A stretch of 64,000 nt of DNA from Gemmatimonadaceae bacterium (GCA_025929535.1 JAICLZ010000002.1:18565-82564); one strand, 5' to 3'; counted from the first letter of the stretch, positions 52,828-63,259 are shown. Translations and numbers: made by a program. The notes: generated from the sequence alone by a model not told the origin.

Positions 52828-53220
52828 ATGGGCGCGTACCGGATTCTGATCGCCGAGGACGATCCCGTGATGGCGTCCACGCTGAGCGGCGTGCTCAAGT
52901 CGCGCGGTTACGGCGTGGTGCTCGCGCGCGACGCGATGCAGGCCGTCATGTTCGCGGTGCAGCAGCAGCCCAACGCCATCCTGCTCGACGTCAATATGCC
53001 GGCGGGCACGGGACTGGGTGCGCTGACTCGCCTGCAGGCGTCGGCGCGCACGTCGTCGATTCCGGTGCTCGTGGTGAGTGGATCGACGGACCTGACGCTG
53101 CCGGCAACGGTGCGCGCAGAGGGCGCAAAGGGCTTCTTCAAGAAGCCGGTCGATCTCGATGCGCTCTGCGCGCGGATCGAGGAGCTGCTTCCGCCCGCGG
53201 CGGAGGAGTCAGGGGCCTGA
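52828..53220 (+). CDS. Single-domain CheY-like response regulator
   Basis: 130 aa (RILIAEDDPVM...ILLDVNMPAGTG...FFKKPV). It is divergent from the Hpt operon. Confidence 0.85.
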   Translation: MGAYRILIAEDDPVMASTLSGVLKSRGYGVVLARDAMQAVMFAVQQQPNAILLDVNMPAGTGLGALTRLQASARTSSIPVLVVSGSTDLTLPATVRAEGAKGFFKKPVDLDALCARIEELLPPAAEESGA

Positions 53221-53235
53221 CCCGGCGGTTGCGCC

Positions 53236-54633
53236 TCACTGCACGTAGCGCAGGATGTCGTAGAGGTACTCGAGACCGAAGCCCAGGTTCTTCACGGCCA
53301 GCTTTTCATTGTTGCCGTGCATCCCGCTGTGCATCTCCTCGTTCTCCACGAGAAACGGATCGAATCCGTAGGTGACGATGCCCAGCGCACGATAGGTCGG
53401 ACGATCGGTGGCGGCCGTGAACATGGGCGTGGTCACGATGACATCGGGATTCCGCTCGTGCGACGCCTTTTCGATCGCGCGAAAGAGATCGGTGTCGATC
53501 GGGCCCTGAAGCTTCGTCTTGGGCTCGATCTGGCTCACCCAGTGCACGGCGGTGTCGTTCGCAACGCGCTGCAGCGTGTGAAGGAACGTGAGCGGGTCGG
53601 TGTCGGAGAGCAGACGAATGTCCATCTGTGCCGACGCCTCCGCCGGAATCACGTTCGTCTTGTTCGAGCCCTGCAGCATCGTGAGCGAGATCGTGTTCCG
53701 CAAAATCGCGTTCCAGTAGATGTTGTCGGTGAGCCACTTCCGGGCGCGCGGAATCTCGATGGCGCTCCGCACGTTCGCGAGCCACGCGCGCTGCTCGCCC
53801 TTGTACTGCGGCGAGATGTCGTGCAGGAACTTCTGCACGTCGGGGAGCACGTGGAGCGGAGTCTCGTACTTCGCGATGCGGTCGAGCGCAGCCACGAGCT
53901 TCGGCACCGGATTCTGCTTGGTCGGCCGCGAGCCGTGCGACGGCACGCCGGTCACGACGATCTTCTGCCAGAACGTCTGCTTCTCGGATACGCCAACGCC
54001 GTAGTACTGAAGCGTTCCGTTGACGACGAGATTCTCGCCCCCCTCCGTCATCAGGAACTCGACATCCTTCAACAGGTTTGCGTGCTTCTTCACGAACACG
54101 ATCGCGCCCTGGCCGTCGAACTCTTCATCGGAGTTGCCGATGAACACGATGTCGCGGTTGAGCGGCACGCCGCTTCGCTTGAGGGCGATCATCGCCATGA
54201 GGTGCACGATGCCCTGCCCCTTCATGTCGAGCGTGCCGCGGCCCCAGATGTAGCCATCCTTCACGACGCCCGCGAACGGGTCGACGGACCAGAAGGCGGG
54301 CGCCACGGGCACCACGTCCATGTGGTGCACCAGGGCGATCGCCTTCTTCGAGCCGTTTCCCTTCAGGCGCGCGTACAAATTTGCGCGATTCGGCCCGAGC
54401 TCCGCGGTGTCGAGGATCTGCGCTTCGATGCCCTCCCTGTCGAGGATCGCCTTCAGGAACTTCGCGGCATCGAGCTCGTTCCCCGGCGGATCCGTCGTGT
54501 TGACCCTCACATATGCCGAAAGCGTGCGGAGCGCCTCGTCGGCGAGGGCGTTCCAGTCGGGAGCCGCCTGCGCGCGCGCGGAAGCGGTGAAGGTGGCGAA
54601 GAGAAGCAGGAGCGAGATGACGATTCGGCGCAT
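53236..54633 (-). CDS. Secreted M20/M28-type metallopeptidase (dipeptidase-like)
   Basis: Signal peptide [21 protein letters not shown] from ATG 54633. Motifs: [22 protein letters not shown] and GNSDEEFDG. Confidence 0.8.
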   Translation of the reverse strand: MRRIVISLLLLFATFTASARAQAAPDWNALADEALRTLSAYVRVNTTDPPGNELDAAKFLKAILDREGIEAQILDTAELGPNRANLYARLKGNGSKKAIALVHHMDVVPVAPAFWSVDPFAGVVKDGYIWGRGTLDMKGQGIVHLMAMIALKRSGVPLNRDIVFIGNSDEEFDGQGAIVFVKKHANLLKDVEFLMTEGGENLVVNGTLQYYGVGVSEKQTFWQKIVVTGVPSHGSRPTKQNPVPKLVAALDRIAKYETPLHVLPDVQKFLHDISPQYKGEQRAWLANVRSAIEIPRARKWLTDNIYWNAILRNTISLTMLQGSNKTNVIPAEASAQMDIRLLSDTDPLTFLHTLQRVANDTAVHWVSQIEPKTKLQGPIDTDLFRAIEKASHERNPDVIVTTPMFTAATDRPTYRALGIVTYGFDPFLVENEEMHSGMHGNNEKLAVKNLGFGLEYLYDILRYVQ

Positions 54634-54803
54634 GTACGAGGCCAGATGGAGGGTGTGCACACGGGTGTGCGTATGAGAACAGCCCGACACGCGTTGCGCA
54701 ATCACCTGCGCACGGTCGCACCACGCACCACCGCTATATTTCGTCATCCGCCTGCCCGATCGGGACAGGCATTCTCAGACGATCATCGGGAGGCGACGCC
54801 GAC

Positions 54804-55175
54804 ATGCGCCGCACCATGTGCAAGTCCAAGGTGCATCGCGCCGTGCTCACCGGCGCCGATCTGCACTATGAAGGGAGCCTGACGCTCGATCTCGCACTCA
54901 TGCAGGCCGCAGACATCCTGCCGTTCGAGAAGGTGCAGGTGGTCAACGTGAACAACGGCTCGCGGCTGGAGACGTACGTCATCGAGGGTGAGCGCAACAG
55001 CGGAACGATCCAGCTCAACGGTGCGGCGGCCCGACTTGGCGCCGCCGGCGATCACGTCATCATCATCAGCTACGCGGACTACGAAGAGGGCGAGCTCGAG
55101 AACTTCGAGCCCAGGCTGGTGTTCGTGGACGAGAAGAACCGCATCGTGCGCGAGAAGATCCGCCGCGCCAAGTGA
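54804..55175 (+). CDS. panD: Aspartate 1-decarboxylase
   Basis: [29 protein letters not shown], containing the Gly-Ser self-processing site, and the conserved [10 protein letters not shown]. Confidence 0.92.
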   Translation: MRRTMCKSKVHRAVLTGADLHYEGSLTLDLALMQAADILPFEKVQVVNVNNGSRLETYVIEGERNSGTIQLNGAAARLGAAGDHVIIISYADYEEGELENFEPRLVFVDEKNRIVREKIRRAK

Positions 55176-55191
55176 GCGCGACGCCGATCGC

Positions 55192-56835
55192 TCACTGCAG
55201 CGTGTTCGGCGTCGCCGCGCAGCTGCCGTCAGCCTTGCGCAGCGTCGGGTAGGCGATGCCGAGCTGCTGCAGGTAGGTCGGAAACTTCTTCGGATCGTAG
55301 TAGAACTTCTTCATCTCCGGACGGTAGCGCGCGAGGATGTCGGCGTTGAGCTCCGTGGCCGGGCGATCCTCCGGGCGCATCAGCGGCTCGTACTTCACCG
55401 TCTTCGTCTGCACGTTCTTGAAGTAGCTCCACGCGGAGTCGACGAGCCCCGGCTTGAGCAGGATGTCGAGCATCGTGAGTGCCTGCGCCTTCGCGCCCGC
55501 GGTCGCGCCCTTGTGAGCGATCGGCGTCGCCATCGCGATCGCATCCGCCCAGTGATGGCCGGGGAGATTCGGAACGTTGCTCGGGTAGAGCAGCACGATC
55601 GTGGGCGCGTTCCACGAGATGTCGCCGATGTCGTCCGAGCCGCCGCCCATGTTGAGCGAGTCGGGCAGGTCTCCCTCGAGCTTCGCCACCGCCGTGTCGA
55701 GCCCCGTGGTGTCGCCTTTCACCTCCTTCTGAATCGCGCGCGCGAACCGCTGATCGGCCGCCGTCCACTTCGGTAGCCCGACCAGCTTGATGTTGTCGGT
55801 CATGTCCTCGGCGATCGGTCGATTGAAATGGCCGGGCCACGCGGAGCCCAGCACCCGCTCGGAGGCGAGGCGGGTGCCCGTCATCATCGCCGCACCCTGC
55901 GCCACCGAGTCGCCGATCGCCCAGAGCTCCTTGATCTTCTTGTAATCGAGCTCGCGGAAGTAGTACCACACTGCCGCGGTGGGCGGCACGACGTTCGGCT
56001 GGTCACCGCCATTGCGGATGACGTAATGCGAGCGCGTCTGCAGTCGCAGATGCTCGCGACGGAAATTCCACCCCACATCCATGAGCTCGACGGCGTCCAG
56101 CGCGCTGCGTCCGCGCCATGGCGCGCCGGCGGCGTGCGCCGCCTGTCCCTCGAACGAATAGAGCACGCTCACCAGCCCCGATCCCTGCGATGCGCCCCAG
56201 CCGGTTTGCAGATTGCTGCCGACGTGCGAGAAGAGCACGACGTCCACGTCCTTGAACACGCCATCGCGCACGAGGTACGCTTTCGACCCGAGCTGCTCCT
56301 CGGCCACCCCGGGCCAGATCTTGAGCGTGCCGCTGATGTGCTCGCGCTGCATGATGTTCTTGATCGCGAGCGCTGCAGTGATGTTCACGGCCTGTCCCGA
56401 GTTGTGCCCCTCCCCATGGCCCGGCGCGCCCTGCACGAGCGGCAGATGGCACGCCACACCCGGGATCTGCGACGCCTGCGGAATGCCATCGAGATCGGAT
56501 CCGAGCGCGATGACCGGCTTGCCCGAGCCCCAGGTCGCAACCCAGGCCGTCGGAATTCCCGCCACGCCCTTGCGCACGGTGAAACCGTTCTGCTCGAGGA
56601 TGCCGGTGATGTACTTCGACGTCTCGAACTCCTGAAAGCCGAGCTCTCCGAAGCTGAACACCTGATCGACGAACTGCTGCGTGAACTGCGCGCGCGAATC
56701 GATGTCGCGCATCGCCTCGGTCTTGAGCGCGGCGAGCTTCGGGTTGGCGCCGGGCGATGCAGGGGCTTGGGCGCCGGCGCTCAGCGAGGCCGCGAGCAGC
56801 AGAGGAAGACAGGACAGGCTTCGGGTGAGATGCAC
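55192..56835 (-). CDS. Secreted M20D amidohydrolase (AbgB-like)
   Basis: FQEFETSKYITGILEQNGF, SDLDGIP and GHGEGHNSG. GTG 56835 is the likely start and gives the signal peptide LSCLPLLLAASLSAGAQA; the ORF extends to 56919. Confidence 0.8.
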   Translation of the reverse strand: MHLTRSLSCLPLLLAASLSAGAQAPASPGANPKLAALKTEAMRDIDSRAQFTQQFVDQVFSFGELGFQEFETSKYITGILEQNGFTVRKGVAGIPTAWVATWGSGKPVIALGSDLDGIPQASQIPGVACHLPLVQGAPGHGEGHNSGQAVNITAALAIKNIMQREHISGTLKIWPGVAEEQLGSKAYLVRDGVFKDVDVVLFSHVGSNLQTGWGASQGSGLVSVLYSFEGQAAHAAGAPWRGRSALDAVELMDVGWNFRREHLRLQTRSHYVIRNGGDQPNVVPPTAAVWYYFRELDYKKIKELWAIGDSVAQGAAMMTGTRLASERVLGSAWPGHFNRPIAEDMTDNIKLVGLPKWTAADQRFARAIQKEVKGDTTGLDTAVAKLEGDLPDSLNMGGGSDDIGDISWNAPTIVLLYPSNVPNLPGHHWADAIAMATPIAHKGATAGAKAQALTMLDILLKPGLVDSAWSYFKNVQTKTVKYEPLMRPEDRPATELNADILARYRPEMKKFYYDPKKFPTYLQQLGIAYPTLRKADGSCAATPNTLQ

Positions 56836-56959
56836 GCGCGACTTCTCCGCTCGGGGTGAGGCGGCGAAGATGCTGCGCGTGCAGTGGATGAGCAACATCG
56901 TGCAGCCGGTGCGCGGCATCTCGATAGGTGAGCGCAGCAGGCACGTTTACCTTTGTCGC

Positions 56960-57871
56960 GTGCCCGACCGCCCTCTCGTCCACGCGCCGCGATCGCAGAT
57001 CCTCCTCGCCTTCGCCGCTGTCTACGTAATCTGGGGCTCGACGTATCTCGCGATCCGCTTCGCGATCGAGACGTTGCCGCCGTTCTTGATGGTCGGAAGC
57101 AGATTTCTCGCCGCCGGGTTGGCGATGTACGTCTGGCTGCGTGCACGCGGCGCCGAGGCGCCGCAGGCGGTGCACTGGAAGAGCGCCACGATCAAGGGGC
57201 TGCTCATGCCGGTGCTCGGCACCGGCGTGGTCGTGTGGGCGGAGGAGAAGGTGCCGAGCGGAATTGCGTCGCTGCTTGTGGCAATCGAGCCGCTCTGGAT
57301 CGTGCTGCTGCTCTGGTGGCGGCCCGGCGGCACGCGTCCCAACAGGTGGGTGATCGGCGGCGTCGTGCTCGGGCTCGCGGGGCTGTACCTGCTGGTCGAT
57401 CCAGGCGGAGGCAGGCAGCAGGGCAATCTTCTCATCGAGGGCATCCTGCTGCTCGCCGCACTGTCGTGGGCGATCGGATCGTTGTACTCGAAGCGTGCGC
57501 CGGAGCCGAATACGAAGTCTCTCGGGACGGGCATGGAGATGATCGCGGCTGGCGTGATCCTGATCGCGGGCGGGCTGATCACCGGAGAGGCGAATCACTT
57601 CTCGATCGCCGCCATCAGCGCCAAGTCATGGTTGTCGCTGATCTATCTCATCTCGTTCGGGTCGATCGTCGCGTACACCGCGTACCTGTGGTTGTTGTCC
57701 ACGGTGAGCCCGACGCTCGTGTCGACCTACGCGTTCGTGAACCCCGTGGTGGCCGTGTTTCTCGGATGGGCGTTCGCGCACGAGCCGCTCAACGCGCGGA
57801 TGATCGTGGCGGCGGCGATCATCGTGAGCGCGGTGGCGCTGATCACGATCGGAGGGAAGGACGAGGCGTGA
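56960..57871 (+). CDS. EamA/DMT-family transporter
   Basis: Ten TM helices in two EamA repeats (AAVYVIWGSTYLAIRF... and ...FVNPVVAVFLGWAF). GTG start at 56960. The upstream part of ORF 56681..57871 is antisense to the amidohydrolase. Confidence 0.8.
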   Translation: MPDRPLVHAPRSQILLAFAAVYVIWGSTYLAIRFAIETLPPFLMVGSRFLAAGLAMYVWLRARGAEAPQAVHWKSATIKGLLMPVLGTGVVVWAEEKVPSGIASLLVAIEPLWIVLLLWWRPGGTRPNRWVIGGVVLGLAGLYLLVDPGGGRQQGNLLIEGILLLAALSWAIGSLYSKRAPEPNTKSLGTGMEMIAAGVILIAGGLITGEANHFSIAAISAKSWLSLIYLISFGSIVAYTAYLWLLSTVSPTLVSTYAFVNPVVAVFLGWAFAHEPLNARMIVAAAIIVSAVALITIGGKDEA

Positions 57872-57888
57872 GGCGCCCGACACGATGC

Positions 57889-57935
57889 ACGACCGCCATC
57901 GCACCGGATGTTCTCGGCGCGATGGCGGTCGTGTT
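57889..57935 (+). terminator. Candidate intrinsic terminator between convergent EamA and Big_2 genes
   Basis: Perfect 14-bp stem: ACGACCGCCATCGC (57889..57902) pairs with GCGATGGCGGTCGT (57919..57932). The loop is 16 nt, and the stem is followed by GTTT. Confidence 0.4.
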
Positions 57936-57991
57936 TCAGATCGCGAATGGACCGTGCAGGCGCAATGTTCCGCGCGGGCACGGGCACGCGA

Positions 57992-59971
57992 TTAGTTCGT
58001 GATCGTGACTCCCGTGCTGCCCATTACTCCTCCCACGGTTGCCTTGATCTGCGCGGGCCAGACGCCGACGGTGCTGGCGTGGAAGTTACCGGAGTTCGAC
58101 AACGTTCCGGCCGTCGAGTTGCCGACGGCCCACGTGACGGTTCCGGTGACGACGTTTCCGTCCGCGTCCTTGGCGGTCGCCGTGTACTGCTGATTCGTGT
58201 TCCTGACGACCGTCGCGTTGGCAGGGAGCACCGTAACCGTCGCGACCGGGCCGGCCGTTACCGTGACAGTCGCCAGAGTTGCAAGAGTGCCGCTCGTCAC
58301 GCCAATGGTGTTGGTGAACGTTCCGGTCGTGCTTCCAGCCGTGAAGAGACCGTTGGCATCGATCGTTCCGCCACCCGCGAACACCTGCCACGACGGCGAT
58401 GGCACTGGCACGGTGTTGTTATTCGCATCCGTTCCGGTAACCGTGAACTGCTGTGTCGCGTGGACCGCCAGAGTTGCAGGAGACGGCGTAATCGTGATCG
58501 TCGTGAGCGCACCGGGCGTGACGGTGACGCTGGCCGTTCCGGAGATCGATCCGCTCGTCGCGGTAACGGTATTGGTGAACGTTCCAGCTGTCGTACCGGC
58601 CGTGAAGAGTCCTGTCGACGCGTCGATCGTACCGCCGCCAGCCGCTACCGACCAGGTTGGCGTGATCGCCACGACGTTGTTGTCCGCATCGTGACCGACC
58701 GCGGTGAACTGCTGCTGCGCACCCGCTGCCAGCGACTGTGACGACGGCGTGACGGTGATCGAGGCGAGCACGCCTGAGGTCACGGTCACGGAAGCCGTTC
58801 CCGAAACAGCGCCGCTCGTCGCAGTCACCGTGTTCGTGAAGTCTCCCGCGGTCGTTCCCGCAGTGAAGAGACCAGTCGAGCCATCGATCGTGCCGCCGCC
58901 CGCTGCGACCGTCCAGGCTGGTGTGATGGTGACGACATTGTTGTGCGCATCCTTGCCGACTGCCGTGTACTGCTGCGTAGCGCCGCCCGAGAGACTCACG
59001 GTGGGAGGCGAAACGGTGATCGTCGCCAAAGCTCCGGCAGTGATCGTGACGCTGACGCTGGCGGAGAAGGTGCCGCTCACCACGTGAATGGTATTCACGA
59101 AGTCACCGGCGACAGTTCCCGCGGTGAACAGGCCGGTACTCGCGTCGATCGTGCCGCCGCCCGCAACCACCGACCACACGGGCGCCGGTACGACGGGCAC
59201 GATGTTGCCATCAGCGTCCTTGCCCACGACGGTGTACTGTTTCGTGCCGTCGACGCCGACCGTGCCGGGGTTCAGCACGATCTCGATGCTCGCCACCGGC
59301 CCACTGACGGAGGTGACGGTGACGGATGCAGTGCCGGATATGGAGCCGCTCGTGGCGGTCACCGTGTGCGCATACGTGCCCGCCGCGCCCGCGGTGAAGA
59401 GACCACTCGTGTCGATCGTACCGCCGCCTGCCGCGACCGACCAGACACGATCGGGGATGGCGACCGCGTTGCCGTGCGCATCCACACCTGCGGCGACGTA
59501 CTGCTGCGTCGCGCCGGCGGCAATGCTGATCGAATCCGGCGTGACGTGAATAGCCGCGAGTGCGCCAGCGGTGACGGTGACGGAGTTCGTGGCGGAGACG
59601 GAGCCGACGGCCACCTTCACTGTATTCGCGAACGTTGCCGCGCTATCGCCGGCGGTAAAGAGCCCGCTTGAATTGATGGTGCCACCACCATGTACGACCG
59701 ACCACGTCGGCGTGAGGGAGAGCGTGTTTCCGCTCGCATCCTTCACTACGGCGGAGAACTGCATCGTTCCCCCTGCCGGCACCGAGCCGCCGGCAGACGA
59801 AAGCACGATCGAGGCGGGCGTTTTTGGCCCGGTCGAGTGATCACTGCCGCCACATGCCGCCATGGCGGCTACGAAAATGGCCGTCGGAACGAGGTTCGCC
59901 CAGCGGCTTGCCTGGGCCGAACATCTGGAAAACAAGTTGCTCGATGCTGTGGACACGGTGCGCTCCTGCAA
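57992..59971 (-). CDS. Lipoprotein with seven tandem bacterial Ig-like (Big_2) domains
   Basis: Lipobox VAAMAAC. Seven units of about 86 aa each contain a Q-Q-(Y/F)-T-A-x-G-x-D core, W-S-V-x-x-G-G-G-T-I and G-L-F-T-A-G. Confidence 0.8.
   Translation of the reverse strand: MQERTVSTASSNLFSRCSAQASRWANLVPTAIFVAAMAACGGSDHSTGPKTPASIVLSSAGGSVPAGGTMQFSAVVKDASGNTLSLTPTWSVVHGGGTINSSGLFTAGDSAATFANTVKVAVGSVSATNSVTVTAGALAAIHVTPDSISIAAGATQQYVAAGVDAHGNAVAIPDRVWSVAAGGGTIDTSGLFTAGAAGTYAHTVTATSGSISGTASVTVTSVSGPVASIEIVLNPGTVGVDGTKQYTVVGKDADGNIVPVVPAPVWSVVAGGGTIDASTGLFTAGTVAGDFVNTIHVVSGTFSASVSVTITAGALATITVSPPTVSLSGGATQQYTAVGKDAHNNVVTITPAWTVAAGGGTIDGSTGLFTAGTTAGDFTNTVTATSGAVSGTASVTVTSGVLASITVTPSSQSLAAGAQQQFTAVGHDADNNVVAITPTWSVAAGGGTIDASTGLFTAGTTAGTFTNTVTATSGSISGTASVTVTPGALTTITITPSPATLAVHATQQFTVTGTDANNNTVPVPSPSWQVFAGGGTIDANGLFTAGSTTGTFTNTIGVTSGTLATLATVTVTAGPVATVTVLPANATVVRNTNQQYTATAKDADGNVVTGTVTWAVGNSTAGTLSNSGNFHASTVGVWPAQIKATVGGVMGSTGVTITN
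57995..59809 (-). repeat. Tandem intragenic repeats of about 258 bp encoding the Big_2 domains
   Basis: The periodic protein repeat is visible in the translation. Units 4, 5 and 6 are the most similar to each other. Confidence 0.7.
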
Positions 59972-60022
59972 TGTTCGAGTGGGGTTCGCGCAACCGATGA
60001 CCAGGTGTCACCAAAGTGGTCC

Positions 60023-60053
60023 GCGCTGAACACACGACGACCATGTTCAGCGC
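60023..60053 (-). terminator. Hairpin downstream of the RND pump gene (candidate terminator)
   Basis: GCGCTGAACA (60023..60032) pairs with TGTTCAGCGC (60044..60053). A T8/A8 run at 60066..60073 lies between the hairpin and the RND stop. On the minus strand the stem is followed only by a weak U-containing tract. Confidence 0.35.
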
Positions 60054-60075
60054 TCGACACGTTTGTTTTTTTTAA

Positions 60076-63000
60076 CTAATCGCCGGCCGAGAGCTCGGGC
60101 GCCCGCGCATCCGTGTGCGACGGCTTGTGGAAGAACCTGTGGGCCAGCCGTTCCTTCCACTCATCCAGGATCTCGTAGACCGTCGGGATCACGATCAGCG
60201 TGAGAAGCGTGGACGTGATCACGCCCCCGATCACGGCGCGGCCGAGCGGAGCGCGAAAATCCCCGCCCTCACCGTGGCCGATCGCGACGGGAAGCATCCC
60301 CGCGATCAGCGCGAATGTGGTCATGATGATCGGACGCAGGCGGATGCGCCCGGCCTCGATCAGCGCGTCGCGCCGCGACATTCCCTTCTCGCGCGCCCAC
60401 TTCGCGAAATCGATGAGCAGAATCGCGTTCTTGGCCACGATGCCCATCAGGAGCATCACGCCGATCAGGCTCATGATGTTCAACGTGTCGCCCGTCATGA
60501 GCAGCGCGAGCACGACACCGATCAGCGAGAGCGGCAGCGAGATCAGGATCGCGAGCGGATCGAGGAAGGATCCGAACTGCATCACGAGAATGAGATACAT
60601 GAGAAGGATCGCGATGCCGAGCGCCGTGAAGATCCGCGTGAAGATCTCGCTCTGGTCACGCGACGAGCCCCCCTCGGTGATGCGATAGCCCGGCGGCAGC
60701 TTGAGCGACTTGAGCCGCTTCTGGATTCCGCTGGTCACCTCGTTCAGCGAGCGCCCCTGCGTGTTCGCTTCGACGGCGACCACGGGCTCGCGGTCGAGGT
60801 GATTGATCTGCGCGGGGCCGACGGTCTGCCGGATCGTTGCGATCTGGCCGAGGGGCACGGTCGTTGGCTTCCCCTGCGCATCCGTGACCACGAGCGGCAG
60901 CTGCTCGAGATCCGAGAGATTCTCGCGCGCCTCCTTCGTGAGACGTACCGTGACATCGCGCGTCTCTCCACTCGGATCAGTCCAGTCGCCCGCCTTGAGC
61001 CCGGCGAACGCCGGCCGCAGCGATTGCGCGACCTCGCCCACGGTGACTCCGAGCGCGCCGGCGAGCGGACGATTCAGCTGCACGTCGAGCTCCGGCTTCT
61101 CGCCGCGCGTCGAGAGTCCGACGTCCACGGCCCCCGGTACCTTCGCCACCACACCCACCGCCTGCTCGGCCAGCCGCGTGAGCACTACCGGATCCGGACC
61201 CCGCATCTCGACCTGCACTTCCTTCATCGCGCCGCCGAATCCGCTCGTGAACACGGACACGTTCGCGCCGGCCACGTGCGAGAACTCGCGCCTGAACTCC
61301 GCGCCCAGCTCGTCCTGGCTGACGTGCCGCTTCGCTTTCGGCACGAGCCGCACGTAGACCAGCGACTGATCCACGCCCGGCGCGCGGAATGGAATCGCGC
61401 CGCCGATCGAGCTGTACGTGTACGCAACCTCGGGATGTCTGCGCGCGAGCTCCGCCACCGCCTCGGTGCGCAGCCGCGTGTACTCGAGATTGCTGCCGCC
61501 GGGCGCCTCGATGATGAGATTGATCTCGCTGCGGTCGCTCACGGGCACGAAGCCGACGCCGCCGATCGTTCCCTGCAGCGCGAGCGCCAGCACGAACGTC
61601 CCCCCGGCGAGTGCCGTCACCGCGAGCCGATGATCGAGCGCCCACGCGATGACGCGCTTGTAGCCATCCGCCTGCCGGTCGAACCACTTGTTGAAGCGCG
61701 CGAGCACCCGGCTGATCGGTCCGCGGCGTGCGTGCTCGTGATCCTCCACCTGCGGATCGGGCCAGTACGCGGAGAGCATCGGGTCGAGCGAGAACGAGAC
61801 GAAGAGCGACACGAGCACGGAGCAGGCGATCGTGAGCGCGAACGGCTTGAACCACTGTCCGGCCTCGCCGTACATGAACGCCACCGGCACGAACACGGCG
61901 ACGATCGAGAACGTCGTTGCGGTGACGGCGAGCCCGATCTCGTCGGTGCCCGTGTGCGAGGCGACGACGTGGTCCTCGCCCATCTCGATGTGGCGCACGA
62001 TGTTCTCTCGCACGACGATCGCGTCGTCGATCAGAATGCCGATCGCGAGCGAGAGGCCGAGCAGCGACATCGTGTTGAGCGTGAAGCCGAACGCCCACAC
62101 CGCCACGAACGACGCGAGCACGGACACGGGAAGCGCGAGGCCCGTGATCACCGTGGAGCGCCACGAATTCAGGAAGAGGAACACCACGAGCACAGTGAGC
62201 AGCGCGCCCTCGATGAGCGCCTCCTCGACGTTGCGCACGGCGTGACTCACGCGCTCGCCCGCATTCTGCACCTCGGCGAACTTCACATCGGGGGGCAGCG
62301 TTTTCTGCAGCTCCTTCACCCTTTTCTGAATCGCGGAGGCGACCTGCGTCGTGCTGTAGCCCTTCGACTTGAGGATCTCGATTCCCACTGCCTGCTTGCC
62401 GTTGAAGAGCGCCATCGACCGCGGCTCTTCCGTTCCATCGTAGACGTTCGCGACCTGATTGAGACGGATGAGCTCTCCGCCGCGCTCGGCGACCACGAGA
62501 TTGCCGAAGTCCGTTACGTTCTTCAGGCGGCCGCTCAGCCGGATCAGCTTCTCCTGCAAGTTGCCGTTCAGCCATCCAACGGGCGACGCGAGATTCTGCT
62601 GTCCGAGCGAGGCAACCACCTGCGCCACGCTCACCCCGGCGGACTGCAGGTCCGCGGGGCGCAGCTCGACGACCATGTTGCGCTTCACTTCGCCCACGAC
62701 GTTCACCTGCGCGACGCCGGCGATCGAGCGCAGCTCGCTCGCGAGTCCGGGGTCGGCGATGCGCGTGAGCACGGGCGCCGGCGTGGACGGCGACGTGAGC
62801 ACGAGCGTGAACACCGGCGCTTCCGATGGGTCGAAGCGCGTGAGGATCGGCTCCTTCATCTCCGGCGGCAGGTCCTCGCGCTTCGTCGAGATCGCATCGC
62901 GCACATCCTGCGACGCCTGCTGGATGGGCTTCTCGAAGTCGAAGAAGAGCGTGCACTGCGCGAGCCCGTCGATCGAGAAGCAGGTGGACTTGTCGCCATC

Positions 63001-63231
63001 GAGGCCGCTGATCCCCCACACCGCGTCCTCGACCGGTTTCACGATCTCCCGCTCGACCTCGGCCGGCGATGCGCCTGGGTACGCGATGGTCAGTCCGACC
63101 ACCGGCGCCTGAATGTCCGGGAACTCATCGGTGTGGAGATTGAGCAGAGCCGCGCATCCGAACGCGACGAGCGCCACCATTGCGGTGACGGTGATGATCG
63201 GCCGCTTGATCGCGAAGTCGGAGATGAACAT
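60076..63231 (-). CDS. RND-family efflux transporter permease (AcrB/HAE-type)
   Basis: Start at ATG 63231 (MFISDFAIKRPIITVTAMVALV). It has 12 TM helices with two large periplasmic loops and is about 1050 aa. Confidence 0.92.
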   Translation of the reverse strand: MFISDFAIKRPIITVTAMVALVAFGCAALLNLHTDEFPDIQAPVVGLTIAYPGASPAEVEREIVKPVEDAVWGISGLDGDKSTCFSIDGLAQCTLFFDFEKPIQQASQDVRDAISTKREDLPPEMKEPILTRFDPSEAPVFTLVLTSPSTPAPVLTRIADPGLASELRSIAGVAQVNVVGEVKRNMVVELRPADLQSAGVSVAQVVASLGQQNLASPVGWLNGNLQEKLIRLSGRLKNVTDFGNLVVAERGGELIRLNQVANVYDGTEEPRSMALFNGKQAVGIEILKSKGYSTTQVASAIQKRVKELQKTLPPDVKFAEVQNAGERVSHAVRNVEEALIEGALLTVLVVFLFLNSWRSTVITGLALPVSVLASFVAVWAFGFTLNTMSLLGLSLAIGILIDDAIVVRENIVRHIEMGEDHVVASHTGTDEIGLAVTATTFSIVAVFVPVAFMYGEAGQWFKPFALTIACSVLVSLFVSFSLDPMLSAYWPDPQVEDHEHARRGPISRVLARFNKWFDRQADGYKRVIAWALDHRLAVTALAGGTFVLALALQGTIGGVGFVPVSDRSEINLIIEAPGGSNLEYTRLRTEAVAELARRHPEVAYTYSSIGGAIPFRAPGVDQSLVYVRLVPKAKRHVSQDELGAEFRREFSHVAGANVSVFTSGFGGAMKEVQVEMRGPDPVVLTRLAEQAVGVVAKVPGAVDVGLSTRGEKPELDVQLNRPLAGALGVTVGEVAQSLRPAFAGLKAGDWTDPSGETRDVTVRLTKEARENLSDLEQLPLVVTDAQGKPTTVPLGQIATIRQTVGPAQINHLDREPVVAVEANTQGRSLNEVTSGIQKRLKSLKLPPGYRITEGGSSRDQSEIFTRIFTALGIAILLMYLILVMQFGSFLDPLAILISLPLSLIGVVLALLMTGDTLNIMSLIGVMLLMGIVAKNAILLIDFAKWAREKGMSRRDALIEAGRIRLRPIIMTTFALIAGMLPVAIGHGEGGDFRAPLGRAVIGGVITSTLLTLIVIPTVYEILDEWKERLAHRFFHKPSHTDARAPELSAGD

Positions 63232-63259
63232 GTCGTGCTCCTGCCCGCCTGTTCGGCGC

